DNA from: Elsinoe ampelina
Lineage: Eukaryota
Length of the DNA stretch: 64,000 nt
Assembly: GCA_010093995.1 (NCBI GenBank)
Contig: ML992507.1
Span: 1,299,868 to 1,363,867, forward strand
Direction of reading: 5' to 3'
Part shown: piece by piece, positions 11,384 through 23,176 of the stretch
Layout of the letters: each line of letters starts with the position of its first letter
How positions within the stretch are numbered: position 1 is the stretch's first letter
Made by a program: the position numbers and the translations under genes
Notes under the pieces: model-generated
Seen by the model: the letters and a program-made list of their open reading frames with translations, nothing else
The model's database searches: none
Told to the model about the DNA's origin: nothing

Positions 11384-14363
11384 ACTATAGTAAGGTATTA
11401 TTGTCAGGAAGACTACTAGGCTATCTCTAGTAGATAGAGGCTTACTAAGCCTTAGTATTAGCTATAGTACCTACTATAGTACCTGCTATGGCCTTAACTA
11501 TAGTATCCGCTGTAGTGTCTACTATAGTATCTACTATAACACTTATTAGCTTAATACTTATAATAAAACGCTATAATAATTATCTCTATTATAGTTTTAA
11601 ACTTATTAAACTTATCCTTAATCTTAGGAGAGCTACTAGGAGAAGTATTAGAAGGTATATTAGCTATAGAAGTATCTAGAGAGGTTACTATAGTAAAATA
11701 AGATATAAAAGTTAAACTTAAGAGCGTAGAAATAAAAGGGCAGTAGAGATAAGAAGAAAGAAAGTTAATAGAAGAAGAAGAATAATAAAGGAGAGTAATA
11801 TAGCCTTCTACTATATATAAAGTAATAATAAGATAGCTAGGGTAAAATATAAAATATAAAATATAAGGTTTTTAAGAATTATAGTATACTAAATTAGTAT
11901 TGTATTATTACGCTAGATTATTATATACTTATTATTAGTACTCTATAATATCTAGATTCCTCTTCTTCTAAGCGTTTAAACAAATCTAATATTATATGCC
12001 TTACTATTATAAATAATATTATAATAAGCAAGTATTCTATATACTATATATTTCTAATTTACTAATTTTATATTTCTATTATAATATTATATTCTTATTG
12101 TTAGCTATGCTATTACTAGCTACTAAATTATTACGTATTTCTCTTTTTATTATATATTTCTCTTCTTCTACTTCTTTTACTTCTTCTCTTTTTACTTATC
12201 TTTCTTTATACTACTACTATATCTACCTCGTTACTTTCTATGCCTTTTACTACCTTACCCTTACTACTATAAGATTACTTTATATTATAAGCACCTCCTA
12301 AGACTCTATCCTTAGTAGTAATAGTAACTATGCCTCCTAAGAGAGGTACTATAGTACTAACCTATAGTTATAGTTATAAGAGTAAGTTATCTAGTAGACC
12401 TAAGGCTTCTACTACTAAGTAACCTTATAAGACAACTATTACTCCTAGAAAGAAGAATAAGTTTAAGGCTAGTAGTATAATTATTATAATTAATTATTAT
12501 GTTATATTACTAATACTATATAGCTATTACTCTCCGAGAGATTTATCGCTACTAGAAGTTAACTAAATTTCTTTACTATAAGCTTCCCTTTAGCTACCTT
12601 ATTTGTAAGATTATTAGAGGCTATATTCGTTAAGATAAAAGCTTTTATATCTAATCTAAAGCTCTTAAAGTATTTTAGGAAGCAATAGAGACATTTATTG
12701 TTAGGTATATAGAAGGTATTTATTATTTGAATTTAATACTATTATAGATACTAATATTCTTAGACATAAACCTTAATTATATTTATACTAAGTAAGTTAC
12801 TATTAACTAGAAAGATTTATAGCTTACTTGTTACTATTATATAAAGTTTAATATATATAACTAAGACAATTAGACAGTTTATAGTAAGGATAATTATTCT
12901 ATAAAGGTAGATAAGTAAGTAAGGCATAGGCTATAAGAGTAGATAGGAGGTACTAGCAAGATTAGCATAATTAATAAACGTAATTATAACCTTTAACTTT
13001 TAAATTTTAATTTTTAAATCTTAAGTTCTTAAGATATATATCTACTTCTTAACTCTTAGGCACCTATAGGTACTATTAGGTAGTATTATAAGTAACACTA
13101 TAACTAACTATATACCTAAGGCTAAGTAACACTACCTAAGGCTTAGAGAGTTATAGTTGCTAAGCTTTAGGTACTAGTATCGCTATAGGTTAGGTTATAG
13201 GTAGTAATTCTAGTACCTAACTTAACCTAAAAACTACTCTATTTAAAATAGATATTATAACGTTGTTTAGAACGCTAAAGACACTAGTCTTAGATAGAGA
13301 GTCTATCTTTATAAGCAAATTCTAGAGTGCGCTATACTAGTGCTAGAAGGCGTAACGTAAGCTTAGTACTAGTTTCTATCTATAGATAGATAGCTAAACT
13401 AAAAGGTAAAACTAGACGCTAGAGTAGTACCTACGCTACTTTATCGACTATTACTAGACAGACTAGCTATACTAGGTTAAGTAGGCGTAATTCGTGTATA
13501 ATAATACGTATTAAGTATTACTATATACTACGCTAGTATAGTTCTTATTTACGTAGGAGATACGCCTACCTAACAATATTAAGGCGCTAGCGCTACCTAG
13601 CTATACGCTAGTATATAACCTATTAGTCGATAACTAAGTATAATCTATTACTAAAACGCATATAGAGCTCGCCTAACACCTATATAAAGCATAGAAAGAC
13701 TAAGCGCTAGTCTATAATAGAGGTTAATAAGTAAAAGTCTTCTATAATAGCGATAAGGTTATACTTAGCACTAAGAACCTTCGTAGCGCTAGACCTAGCT
13801 ATAAGCTATTAGCTAAGTATATTAGCCTATTTATAATTATATAACAAATTAGTATATAGGCGTATAAGCTACACTTACTAGACAAAATAAAGCTAATCTA
13901 TAACGTCTTTAATATTACACTACTAGAGCTATATAGGCGTAGTAAGGGTATATACCTACTACCCCTAGAGGTAGAAGAGTAAGAAGAATATATTATTAAA
14001 TATATCTTTAGTAAGAGCTATACTAGCACCCTAAAGGCGCTATACTACCTAGTAAAGTAGTAGGGTTACCCTATAGAAGAAAGTATATAGGAGCTAGTAA
14101 AAAACCTTATAAACGCTAAGGAATTACTATACAAATACGAGGTAGCTTAGTATAAGTATAGTACTAGCTAAACACTCTAGATATACTTAGGATTAATAAG
14201 TTAAAGGTATAAATTTTAAAGTAAAGAGTACCTAGGCGTAGCGCTAGATTAGCTTAGAGTATTATTAGCTTACGTAGAGAGAACGCTAGCGTAGTAAAAA
14301 CTATAGAATTATACTAAAGCGAAGGAGGTATAGTATAGGCGTAGCGCTCTAGCCCCCCCTACC

Positions 14364-15234
14364 TTAACTATCTATATTATCTACCTTAGTCTTATCCTTA
14401 TTATTCTCCTTAATACTATTAATATGCCTAGTTAGCGCCCTTATAGCGTTGTTAATTACCTACGTAGTAGTAGCTTACTTGTTCTTAGTAACTACCTATA
14501 AAAAAGTTAGCGTAGCTTAGGCGTTATAAGGGCGTACTTCTAGACTTATATAATAGGCTAAAGCTTTAAGTATAAAGCTAGTATTACTAATTATACCTAG
14601 GCGTAGCACCTTTACTAGCTACTTAGTGTCGACTTTAGGGGTAGAGAGTATAGCGATAGTACTATTATAGCGTAAAGAAGTTATACTATTACTATTACTC
14701 TTATTAACTACCTTGCTCTTACTCTTAGCGTTAGACTTGCTCTATATATACTTAGCACTAGCCTTCTTACGCACATAGTTAGTATAGGTAGTAATTCGGC
14801 ACTTTAGGAGAATAATGTCCTTCTTAGGAGTAGTAGCGTCGTTATAGAGTAGCATATATATAGTAAAGTATTTATTCTAGAGCTTCTTAGTAGTAGCTTA
14901 ATTCTTAGAGTCGAGCTTAGTAGGCTACTAAGGTTAGTATAAAGTAAGCGTAGTATAGGCGTAGAGTATACCTAGTAGTAGTGTTTATTACTATAACTAT
15001 AACAATTATAGTAGGTAGCCTTAGCCTTAGTAATCTAGTAGAGAGGATCCTTAATAGAGAGTATACTATCTTTAAGCTAAAGGTGCTTATCGATAGTAAT
15101 AGCGTAGCGTAAGTATAGTATAGAGTACTAGTTCTAGTTAGTAAAATCGCTCTTATAAGGTCTATAAAAGGTTAGCGCCGGCGTAGCATAAGTACTATAT
15201 ATAATACTTACTCCTTAGGAACTTTAGGGGCTAT
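14364..15234 (-). pseudogene. Four-exon antisense gene inside the second retroelement (RIP-mutated)
   Basis: Three short fungal-type introns with GT donor, CTAAC branch and TAG acceptor: 15,162-15,211, ~14,925-14,971 and 14,496-14,537. Spliced frame (M)APKVPKEPYKSDF... is maintained and ends in a probable acidic tail. Confidence 0.7.
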
Positions 15235-15874
15235 AGTTATTAAAGTATATAAGCGTATAGGAGGTAAGCTAGTATAGAGCTAGGATAATAAAGGGAAAAA
15301 AAATTACTACGTAGGTACTATACTAGGTTAGTAAACAAATAACTAAATAGATAAGCCCGATAGCTAGATCTATAGTAGCATAGGCTTAGTATATATACTA
15401 AGCCTCCCCTACTAGCCCTTAGGCTAGTAAGACCTAGTCTATACTATATAGCACCTAAAATAGATTACTAGTATAGTATTAGACCTACGTAAGTATAGAG
15501 CTAGCGTTAAGTAGAATACTTATATAAAGGAAGTATTATAAAGGAGAAAAGAAGAAAAGAAGAAGAAGAGAAAAATATATATCTAGCTCTAAGCTAAGAC
15601 TAATCCGGAGAATAATAGGTAGTAGTATATAATAATAAGTAAATTCTTATATATAAAGATAACAACGTAAGAGCGCTATATTCTATATATAAAGATTATA
15701 CTATTATTACTATATCTAGTATACGAAGAATAGTATAGGCTACTATAGGCGCGCTATATATGTAAAGAGTATACTATACCTAAGAGGCGCTAGCGAGACG
15801 CTCTTTCCTAGTTTTCTCCTATACTAGGTTTTCTAGGTTTCATTAAGGCTCGTAGGTATAAGGGTATACCCCTT

Positions 15875-16088
15875 AAAGGGGAAGAATAATTATAAGGACT
15901 AACGTAGTAAGTAAACTATACTAGCTTACCCTAGAGATACTATTCTCTATAGAAGAATAAAACACTCCTTACCTATAGAATAGATAGAGTAGAGATTAGT
16001 CTTATAATAATTAAGAGTATACTAGTATAACACCTATTCTACTCCTATACACTTGTCTTCCTAGCTCTAATATTCTACCTTCGTTATA
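15875..16088 (+). repeat. Polypurine tract plus candidate 3' LTR (~198 bp)
   Basis: AAAGGGGAAGAATAA at 15,875-15,889 is followed by TATAAGGA (RIP'd TGTAAGGA) at 15,891. The segment ends in CGTTATA (RIP'd CGTTACA) at 16,088. Confidence 0.6.
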
Positions 16089-17449
16089 ATAAGCTAGATT
16101 AGACTATTAATTAGATAGTGCTCTTTATGCCTATTAACCTAGTAAAGATACTTATAGTTAGAGCACTAGTTACTAACGTACTACTAGTGCTTAAAAGAAG
16201 ACTCTTAATTACTTATTATAGATAATAAATTTAACTACTAGCTTATAGTTATACTCTACTAACTACTCTAGCTAATATTAAGCTCTTTAATCTTACCTCT
16301 TAGTACAAAGGTAGATATAGTAGATATTATCTCTAGCTATAGAGAAAGGCTTACTAGTATAGTAAGCCTTAGCCTTATACTTTATAAAGCTAGTAGAGGC
16401 TAAGGAGGTACTTATAAAGTTACTAATAGAGTTATTAGCTACTTTAGCTTTAAGAAGGTATACTATAAATCTATATTAAGCTTATTATAGCCTTCTTCTA
16501 ACTAGCGCTCTAGATTAAGTACTAGCCTATTAATATCTAATTACTTATCTACTATAAGCTTATAGCTCTAGTTCTTCCTTAATTTCATATATAAGGCTAC
16601 TAAGCTTATATCCTCTAGCTTTAGAGAGTACTCTACTATCTCTTTAGCCTTAAGCTTAGCCTATATAAGTAATTAACTATATAATAATTTAGCTAGCTCT
16701 TTATATACCTTTCTATTATAGTACTTACTCTTACTAATAGTAATACCTAACTATACCTCTACCTTACGCTACTTAATATCTACTACTAAAGGTACTACCT
16801 CTACCTATACTAAGGTAGAAGTAACCTCCTCTACCTCTATTAACTAGCGTACTCTTAACTTACTTAGTGTTAGTAAAGTAGTTATACACTAGCTAAAGTA
16901 TATAGTATTATAGTTAAGTAATTATATAGCTTAACTAGCAAGATTAGAAAGGCTATTTATATTATAAGGTATATAAGGATAGTTAATAGTACTAGCTATA
17001 GACAAGACTTATAAGTAGTTAGGGTTAATAAAGAGGTATAAATAGCTTCTTAAAGAAGAAGGTAATAGTGTTACTAGCCTCCTTATACTAAGTTAAAGAG
17101 TTATACTAGAGTAGCCTTAAGGCTAAAGAGTCTTAAAGTAGTTGTTAGTAAGGTATACTATAGAGTATACCTTTATATAAAGCTTAAATTAGTAGATATA
17201 GAGATAATTAACTAATTATAGTGTATAGTTCTTTAGCTTTATATACAAATTTATAGCAGCGACAAGTTATTTAAGCTCTATTAATCTATGACCTTCACCG
17301 CCTATTTAACAGCCAATTTTTGGTAGTGTAGTCGCAAATCCGGTCGCCAAGGCTGGGGTGGCCGGCTTGAATCCGAAACAGCTGTATGAGGTCAAATAAA
17401 CTTTCAATCGCTATGCTCGATTACAGGATGGTATCTTGAATCATCATCA

Positions 17450-18904
17450 TCACCTCCCAGAAGTATTACTTTGACTTTGCGGATTATTCCGCCGCCTGAT
17501 CCGCTCCTCTGCCTGTTCGACTATGCGCCGCTTCCTCTCCTTCTCACTCATGGTGGTGCCAGCGGCAGAGCTTGCTTTGCTCTGCTGACTTGTCCTGCTA
17601 TTTGCTCGCGGCCTCCTCGGTGACTTGCGGCTTGCCGGCGAAGACCCTCGTGGCAGGTCAGGAAGCTTCTCTTTCGGCGGAGGTGCGGGTGGAGGATCTG
17701 CGAGCACTTTCTGAGACTCTGTATGCTCAGCTGTCTTCTCCGGCGTGCTCGTCTTCGCCTCTGTGACGGCCGTAGCTGGTATCTTCTCTCGTTTCCGGCT
17801 ACTTGGTCGAATGCTCTTCTGTGATTGCCGGGATCTCGGCCTGCGCGGACGGGGAGATCGAAGCGAGGCAGGCTTGGAGACTGCCTTTTGGGTTGGACTA
17901 CTGCTGGGACTGCTGCGTGGCGAGATCTTCTTGAGAGGGTCAGGTGATCTACTTGAGACTTGTGTTGAATCGTTACGCTTTGCAATCGCTGCAATAGCCT
18001 GTACAAGGGTCGCAGCATCCTCAAAGTCGGCATCCTCCATTCCTTCTGGTGCAGAGTATACATCACGTATAGTCGCTTTTGCCTTTTCTTTCGCCAACGC
18101 AAAGTCTTTACCGCATTCCCAACTGAATGCACAGGATTCGAATGCGACCGAAAGTCGAAGTGGATCCGAGCCTGGTAGTAGACGCCTCGCAAGTACCGTC
18201 GCTTGAGAGAAGTATGCTGTAGCTGCCGGCACAAAGTTGAGCGGAGGCATAAGAAAGTCGGCACTTGATGGTGGGGATCGCTGAACAGGAGAAGAAACGC
18301 CTATTCCAGGTGGCCGAAGTGGTGTGCCTGGTATAGGCGATTGTATCGTGGGTATCGGTGGTGGTGGATACGGCGGGGGTGAAGTCTGGGCCGGTCCACT
18401 AAATGCGTATGGATTCGTGACATATGAAGCGTCAGAGGTCATTGATGGTATCGTTTCTCGTAGCACGGCTTGTCGTGCTCGTGTATCCGTTGATGGTCGA
18501 TCCGTGGTCGTGTTCGTCTTACCATTAGGAGATGTCTTGGGAGGCGTGAGTTGCGAAATGGGTGGATGATTATGGAATAGACAAAAGACATGGTAGAATG
18601 ATGCTCGTAGTTTTGCTGCCATGACTCTGCAGCGAGGTGACTGAGATCCATTCTGGCAATAAGGAAGGATCATGACTTCCGTTATCGCCAAACCTTCTCT
18701 TGACAGCCATATGATTTGGTGGTACAGAGCAACAGATTTTGTGGTGTCCAAACGACGAAGCTTCCTGGCTCGGTATAATTTCCGAGACAAGATGACTGAT
18801 AGACCCAGGATTTGATAGAATGCCGAAGACAGTAAAGGGTTTGTGCGTCCGGCATCTTTTGCGATCTGACACAAGATCTTCTGGTCAATGTCTGATGTTG
18901 CCAT
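17450..18904 (-). CDS. Divergent fungal 14-3-3-domain protein with low-complexity S/P/R-rich tail
   Basis: 484-aa ORF. LLPGSDPLRLSVAFESCAFSWEC resembles the 14-3-3 helix motif [21 protein letters not shown]. Confidence 0.8.
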   Translation of the reverse strand: MATSDIDQKILCQIAKDAGRTNPLLSSAFYQILGLSVILSRKLYRARKLRRLDTTKSVALYHQIIWLSREGLAITEVMILPYCQNGSQSPRCRVMAAKLRASFYHVFCLFHNHPPISQLTPPKTSPNGKTNTTTDRPSTDTRARQAVLRETIPSMTSDASYVTNPYAFSGPAQTSPPPYPPPPIPTIQSPIPGTPLRPPGIGVSSPVQRSPPSSADFLMPPLNFVPAATAYFSQATVLARRLLPGSDPLRLSVAFESCAFSWECGKDFALAKEKAKATIRDVYSAPEGMEDADFEDAATLVQAIAAIAKRNDSTQVSSRSPDPLKKISPRSSPSSSPTQKAVSKPASLRSPRPRRPRSRQSQKSIRPSSRKREKIPATAVTEAKTSTPEKTAEHTESQKVLADPPPAPPPKEKLPDLPRGSSPASRKSPRRPRANSRTSQQSKASSAAGTTMSEKERKRRIVEQAEERIRRRNNPQSQSNTSGR

Positions 18905-20224
18905 GTGGGTTGTCCAGTAGAGCCTGACACTGTTGCCCTACTGGCACCTGTCGCCTCACCAATTACGCGCAAGCAAGTCCTGATCTCTGGTCATGGAGTG
19001 TCTCCCTCACTCTTGCAGTGTTGTCGCTTCTCTTACTTCTTGGTAGATAGTCCTCTGGAAGTGAGTAGCGAGGAACGAATTCGTTTGCCGGAAGGATCTG
19101 AGTTGATCACATTGTTGTCGCTGCGGTCAAGTATGCTGAGTCGTAAAGATTGCCTGTAGCTGTCGTTTTTCTGAAAGGCGTTGCTCGGAGCTCGTACTAT
19201 CGTCGGATGCAGATTGATTGAAAGCAGCTCCAGATCAATCGCTGACAATTGATTGTGTCGTGAATAATTCGTGATGAATCGCAACTTCGCTCAATGGTGC
19301 TACAGAATGGAAGACTTGCTGCGCTATTCAATCAATTCGTAAAGATCATAAGAAAATCGTTCGCTCGGTGACGGGCTCCAGCATCTCAGAGCTCAGCACG
19401 TGGTATTGAGCAGCAGAAGGAAAAGAGCTGCAAATGCGCGAAATGAAGGTCTGTGGACCTGCATGGAAAGATGTAATACTTCCTCAAGCTCGGCCAGAGG
19501 CTTATGAGCTGTAGTACCCACAGTAGATTGCCTGTGCGGTGTCGAGTGTTTAGCGACAAAATGGCCAACGCACCGGCACTGTGTTTCCCACTTGTCCCCA
19601 GCCACCCGCGGAAAAAGGGTCTGTCCTCCCGGTCTGACGTCGATACACGATTGTATGAGTTGTCAGTGGTAACTTGGACATTGAATTGCGGTTCTGTGCC
19701 GATGAGTTGGGCTTCTTCAGCCACCGCGGATGGGTTTGTGAGGTAGAAGAGCAGGAACTGTCGTCACACGAACGGTGAGCAGCAGCAGCACAGCCAGCGG
19801 TTCACGCCCAACCAAGGAACCATTGGATTTGCTTCTTTTGGACATTGCCAGCACATTGTGCTATAACCATTACTGAATATCTTGTATCTGCAACATGTCG
19901 ATATCGCAATAAACTATACATGCTCCGGAGCCGCTGATGTCCATCCCATGCTGTTGACACCGAGCAGACGCAGGTACAGACATCCAAGGAGAACGAGACC
20001 GATCAACCAGCATGCATGATTGGGGCTCCCCACATCTCCGGCCCGTGGACGCCATGGCTGAAAATGGCTTGCTTGTTCTCCCAAAAATACAAGGGCATGT
20101 TTGCACCTTTTGGGAGCAAGTGAAGTAGCGGTGAAGAGGTCATCTCTGATTGGCTCGAGATCACGTGGTCGGGCACTGCTTGGGTCCAGCTTCAATTTCC
20201 AATTTCCAATTTCCAATTCCTCCA

Positions 20225-21920
20225 TCATGAGCACGAGGAATCACTCGTGTCATCATCCGAAAAATCCGTTTCGCTCCCCGTCGTCAGGCTCTCATATCTG
20301 TTGCCGATGCCCAAGTTGTACCTGTCGGATGCCCTCTCATCCTTCACTTTCTCAGAGCCCAACTTCTCTTGAATGCTCCATGCAATTCGTTCTGCACCAA
20401 TCCTTGCGCCAGCCAAGTTTGCCGAACCTGGCCCTATTCGAAGGCTTGCCAGCTTTCCAATCATGAACAACGGGACTTCATCACACCAAGCCATGTCATC
20501 ACTCAAGCAAGGCAAACCACCAATGCCTTCGATGGGGTATTTGTCGACCAGCTTCTGATAATACGGAAGCGTCTTGAAGTCCGTCGGCATGCCTGTGGCG
20601 AAGTAGATGTAGTCTATCCGAGGCAAACTCGTCGTCGGCTCCAGTCGAATATCCCACTGATGGCGACCCGTATCAAAGTCTCGCGACTTGATTGTGGTAT
20701 TGGTGTGGATGAAAAGACGTCCTCGATCGCAGTATTGCTTGAGCACCTTGTGAATACGAGGTGTGATACTACCACCATTCCTGGCTGCTTGGATCTGCTC
20801 CCACCGCTCTTCATCAGTATCTGCCGACCAGAACGAGGCTTGTTGAACATTTCTGAATTTGCCCATCCACGACAAGTCGATATCGAACGGTTTGACTTGA
20901 AGTCAATCAGTCCAGGAAATAATTTCATCTTTGACCATACTCACCTTTTAGATGACTCCGAAGTATCATATGTACTTTCGTCACACCCTTGGCCAACGCG
21001 TTAGCTGCAAGGTGAGCAGCGGTAAGTCCGCCTCCTACAATGACAATGCTGGTCTGCTCTCTGCGCCGGATTTTTGCCTCGATGTATGGATCAGGGAATT
21101 GCTGGATATGCATGGCATGACAAGCACCTTCGATAGCTTTGCACCCTGTCGTTCCAGGTATGAAAGGTACGTTGCCAGCTCCGACCGACATGACGACGGT
21201 CCGTGAGTACCTGGTTCCTCTGTTTGTCTTTACTGTAAATATCTTCTCCACCTCCGATATCTCTTCTACGTAATCATAGTCGAGATCCACGAGAGTTTCG
21301 TTATTGACCACATCTTCGCGCAAACCATACTTGTCAATGACTTCATGGCAGTGGTCGTGGAACAGCGGCGTTGATGGAGTGTAATAGTCACTTCTATCCC
21401 GCTCATCGATTGCTGTCTCCCGCCAATTGCCGGCTGATCCACGATCTTTCTTCCTCTGGTGTTTCGACCTCTCTTGACCAACACAACCGCCAATCTCGAT
21501 CAACTCTTTGGCTCGCTCGTGCTCGTGAGCATACCCTAGCAGGCCATCACGATTGCGAGGGTCAACATGGAAGAACATTGGACTCCTAAGGTGCGAGATC
21601 TCAAACATCCGGAACTGTCGGTCCCACTTGGACAACCACTCTTTGCCGGAGTTGTCGATCACAAGCATTGAATAGCGCTGGCGTTTGACTTCATTCTTCG
21701 AGGCTTCCTTGGTCGCTTTTGTCCTTCTGTCCTTGATGGACATCTTCCCTTCGTGCTTTCTGATCCAGTGGTAACGCTGCTGTTCTTCGTCCGTGAACAT
21801 GGCCGAGGGTGTCTCCTCACGTAGTCTGGAGGCGACTGCCAGGCCACAGGGACCAGCTCCAACGATGATGACATCGTATACACCTTGGGCGTCGTCTGGA
21901 TTGTACAGAATCTCGGACAT
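20225..21920 (-). CDS. FAD/NAD(P)-dependent oxidoreductase (lysine/ornithine N-monooxygenase-like fold)
   Basis: YDVIIVGAGPCGLA (FAD), HLRSPMFFH, IVIVGGGLTAAH (NAD(P)), GPGSANLAGAR. Intron 20,896-20,944 joins SHLK-VKPFD. Confidence 0.85.
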
Positions 21921-23176
21921 ATTCTCACAGGGATGAATGAGAAGGGTGCTGCTGATCGGACTTACGATTCGGATATAGTTCCTGTACATATCAAGGTGTC
22001 GTGTGATGTGACTACCGTGATGGACTCCATCAAGGTACCAACGACCTGCAAGGCCAAGGGACAGCGCGATCATCAGCGCCAGCCATTGTCATGCAAATTT
22101 TTGATTTGTTCAACATACTCGCGTCGCATATCTAGCTGTTTAAAAGATTCAACAGGGATGCCTGAGAGCATATCCGGTCACGTGCTTCGCTATCGATAAG
22201 CTTCGACCTCGTCCCACAAGCCGACCCAGCGACTTCGTCTTGTACAAATGATTGAGCATCGATTCCTGATCGCTCTTGACGATCCTCCATACGCAGCGAT
22301 AGCGGCGGCAACTACCAGGTAGTTTTGTGCTACAGTCGGCATTGATCCTTCATCCGGCCACCCTCGCCTTTTTCCGCAGTGGCATGAGGTTAGCTTCTGC
22401 CTTTCCACCCATCCTTCGAGTAACATGAGAGCAGCCAGTAGATTACCACCATTTCTCACGCTTGATAACTGCAGGATTCACAATAGCTTGCATGAGCCAA
22501 TGGGTAGAGGGTTTACCCCCCCGAGCATCTGCGGGTACCCGCATCACTGGGTTCGATCAGGCCAGAATCGCCACAACGATCCAGACAGCCGGTATCAGTG
22601 TGGGAAGATCCTTTGAATCTCTTTGTTCTTTGGTGAATGTCATGCAGAATTGATCGGCCCGAAGATGTTGAAAAGTCGAGTGTGAGTCGATTGTAGGCAT
22701 CTACATAGGTGGTCCGTTGAGGCCTGTTCCCTTTCATTCTGATTCACCTCCTGCCTGACCACAATACGTGCAGGCATGTGATAATGTTTTCCTTGTGATT
22801 CAACCTCGGAGCTACCCGGCCGAGCTCTCTTGCACAACCTCACTTCACCTTGGTCCATGAGAGACTTTCCCCTGCCATACATGCCAATCTCATAAAGGCA
22901 TTCCAACCAGAGCTCAGATTCTTCCATGACAGCGAGCACAGCCTGATCGATCGCTCTCAACGCCTCTGGTACCGGCCAGCTACGACCGATCTCGCATTTC
23001 ACACGACCTCACTGCTGATAGTGATCACACAACAAGACGAAACTCACATCGCCCCCGATCGAATTCACATCACGACACTCTGCCTTGCATCCTCGCTGCC
23101 TACGAACAAGGCCTTACACGATCCCCCTTCTACATCCGCATCACAACCAACTCACCCCTTCGAACCAGAAAAAAAC

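Larger units (their letters stand above)
13240..16088 (+). mobile_element. 5'-truncated second Ty3/Gypsy chromovirus (integrase core, chromodomain, long 3' region, PPT, 3' LTR), RIP-inactivated
   Basis: Plus strand: LKTLVLDRESIFISKF*SAL...KLSTSFYL*IDS*TKR*N*TLE*YLR (SDRG..FTSKFW / HPQTDGQTERQNQTLEQYLR). Chromodomain YYLVK**GYPIEESI*ELVKNL at ~14,040-14,110. Confidence 0.88.
1..17290. repeat. RIP-mutated AT-rich transposon block (probable heterochromatin)
   Basis: Extreme TpA excess and CpA/TpG depletion. Reading frames are broken almost only by TAA/TAG at positions where Q/W are expected. Composition switches abruptly to ~50% GC near 17,290. Confidence 0.95.

Noticed and set aside
11488..12301. 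Short ORFs 11488..11679 and 12098..12301
   Set aside because: Low-complexity I/L/Y/S-rich frames expected by chance in RIP'd AT-rich DNA.
16090..17290. Possible DNA-transposase C-terminus (CSN[C]-like knuckle near 16,160 on the minus strand)
   Set aside because: Too degraded to assign a family; no DDE motif recognised.
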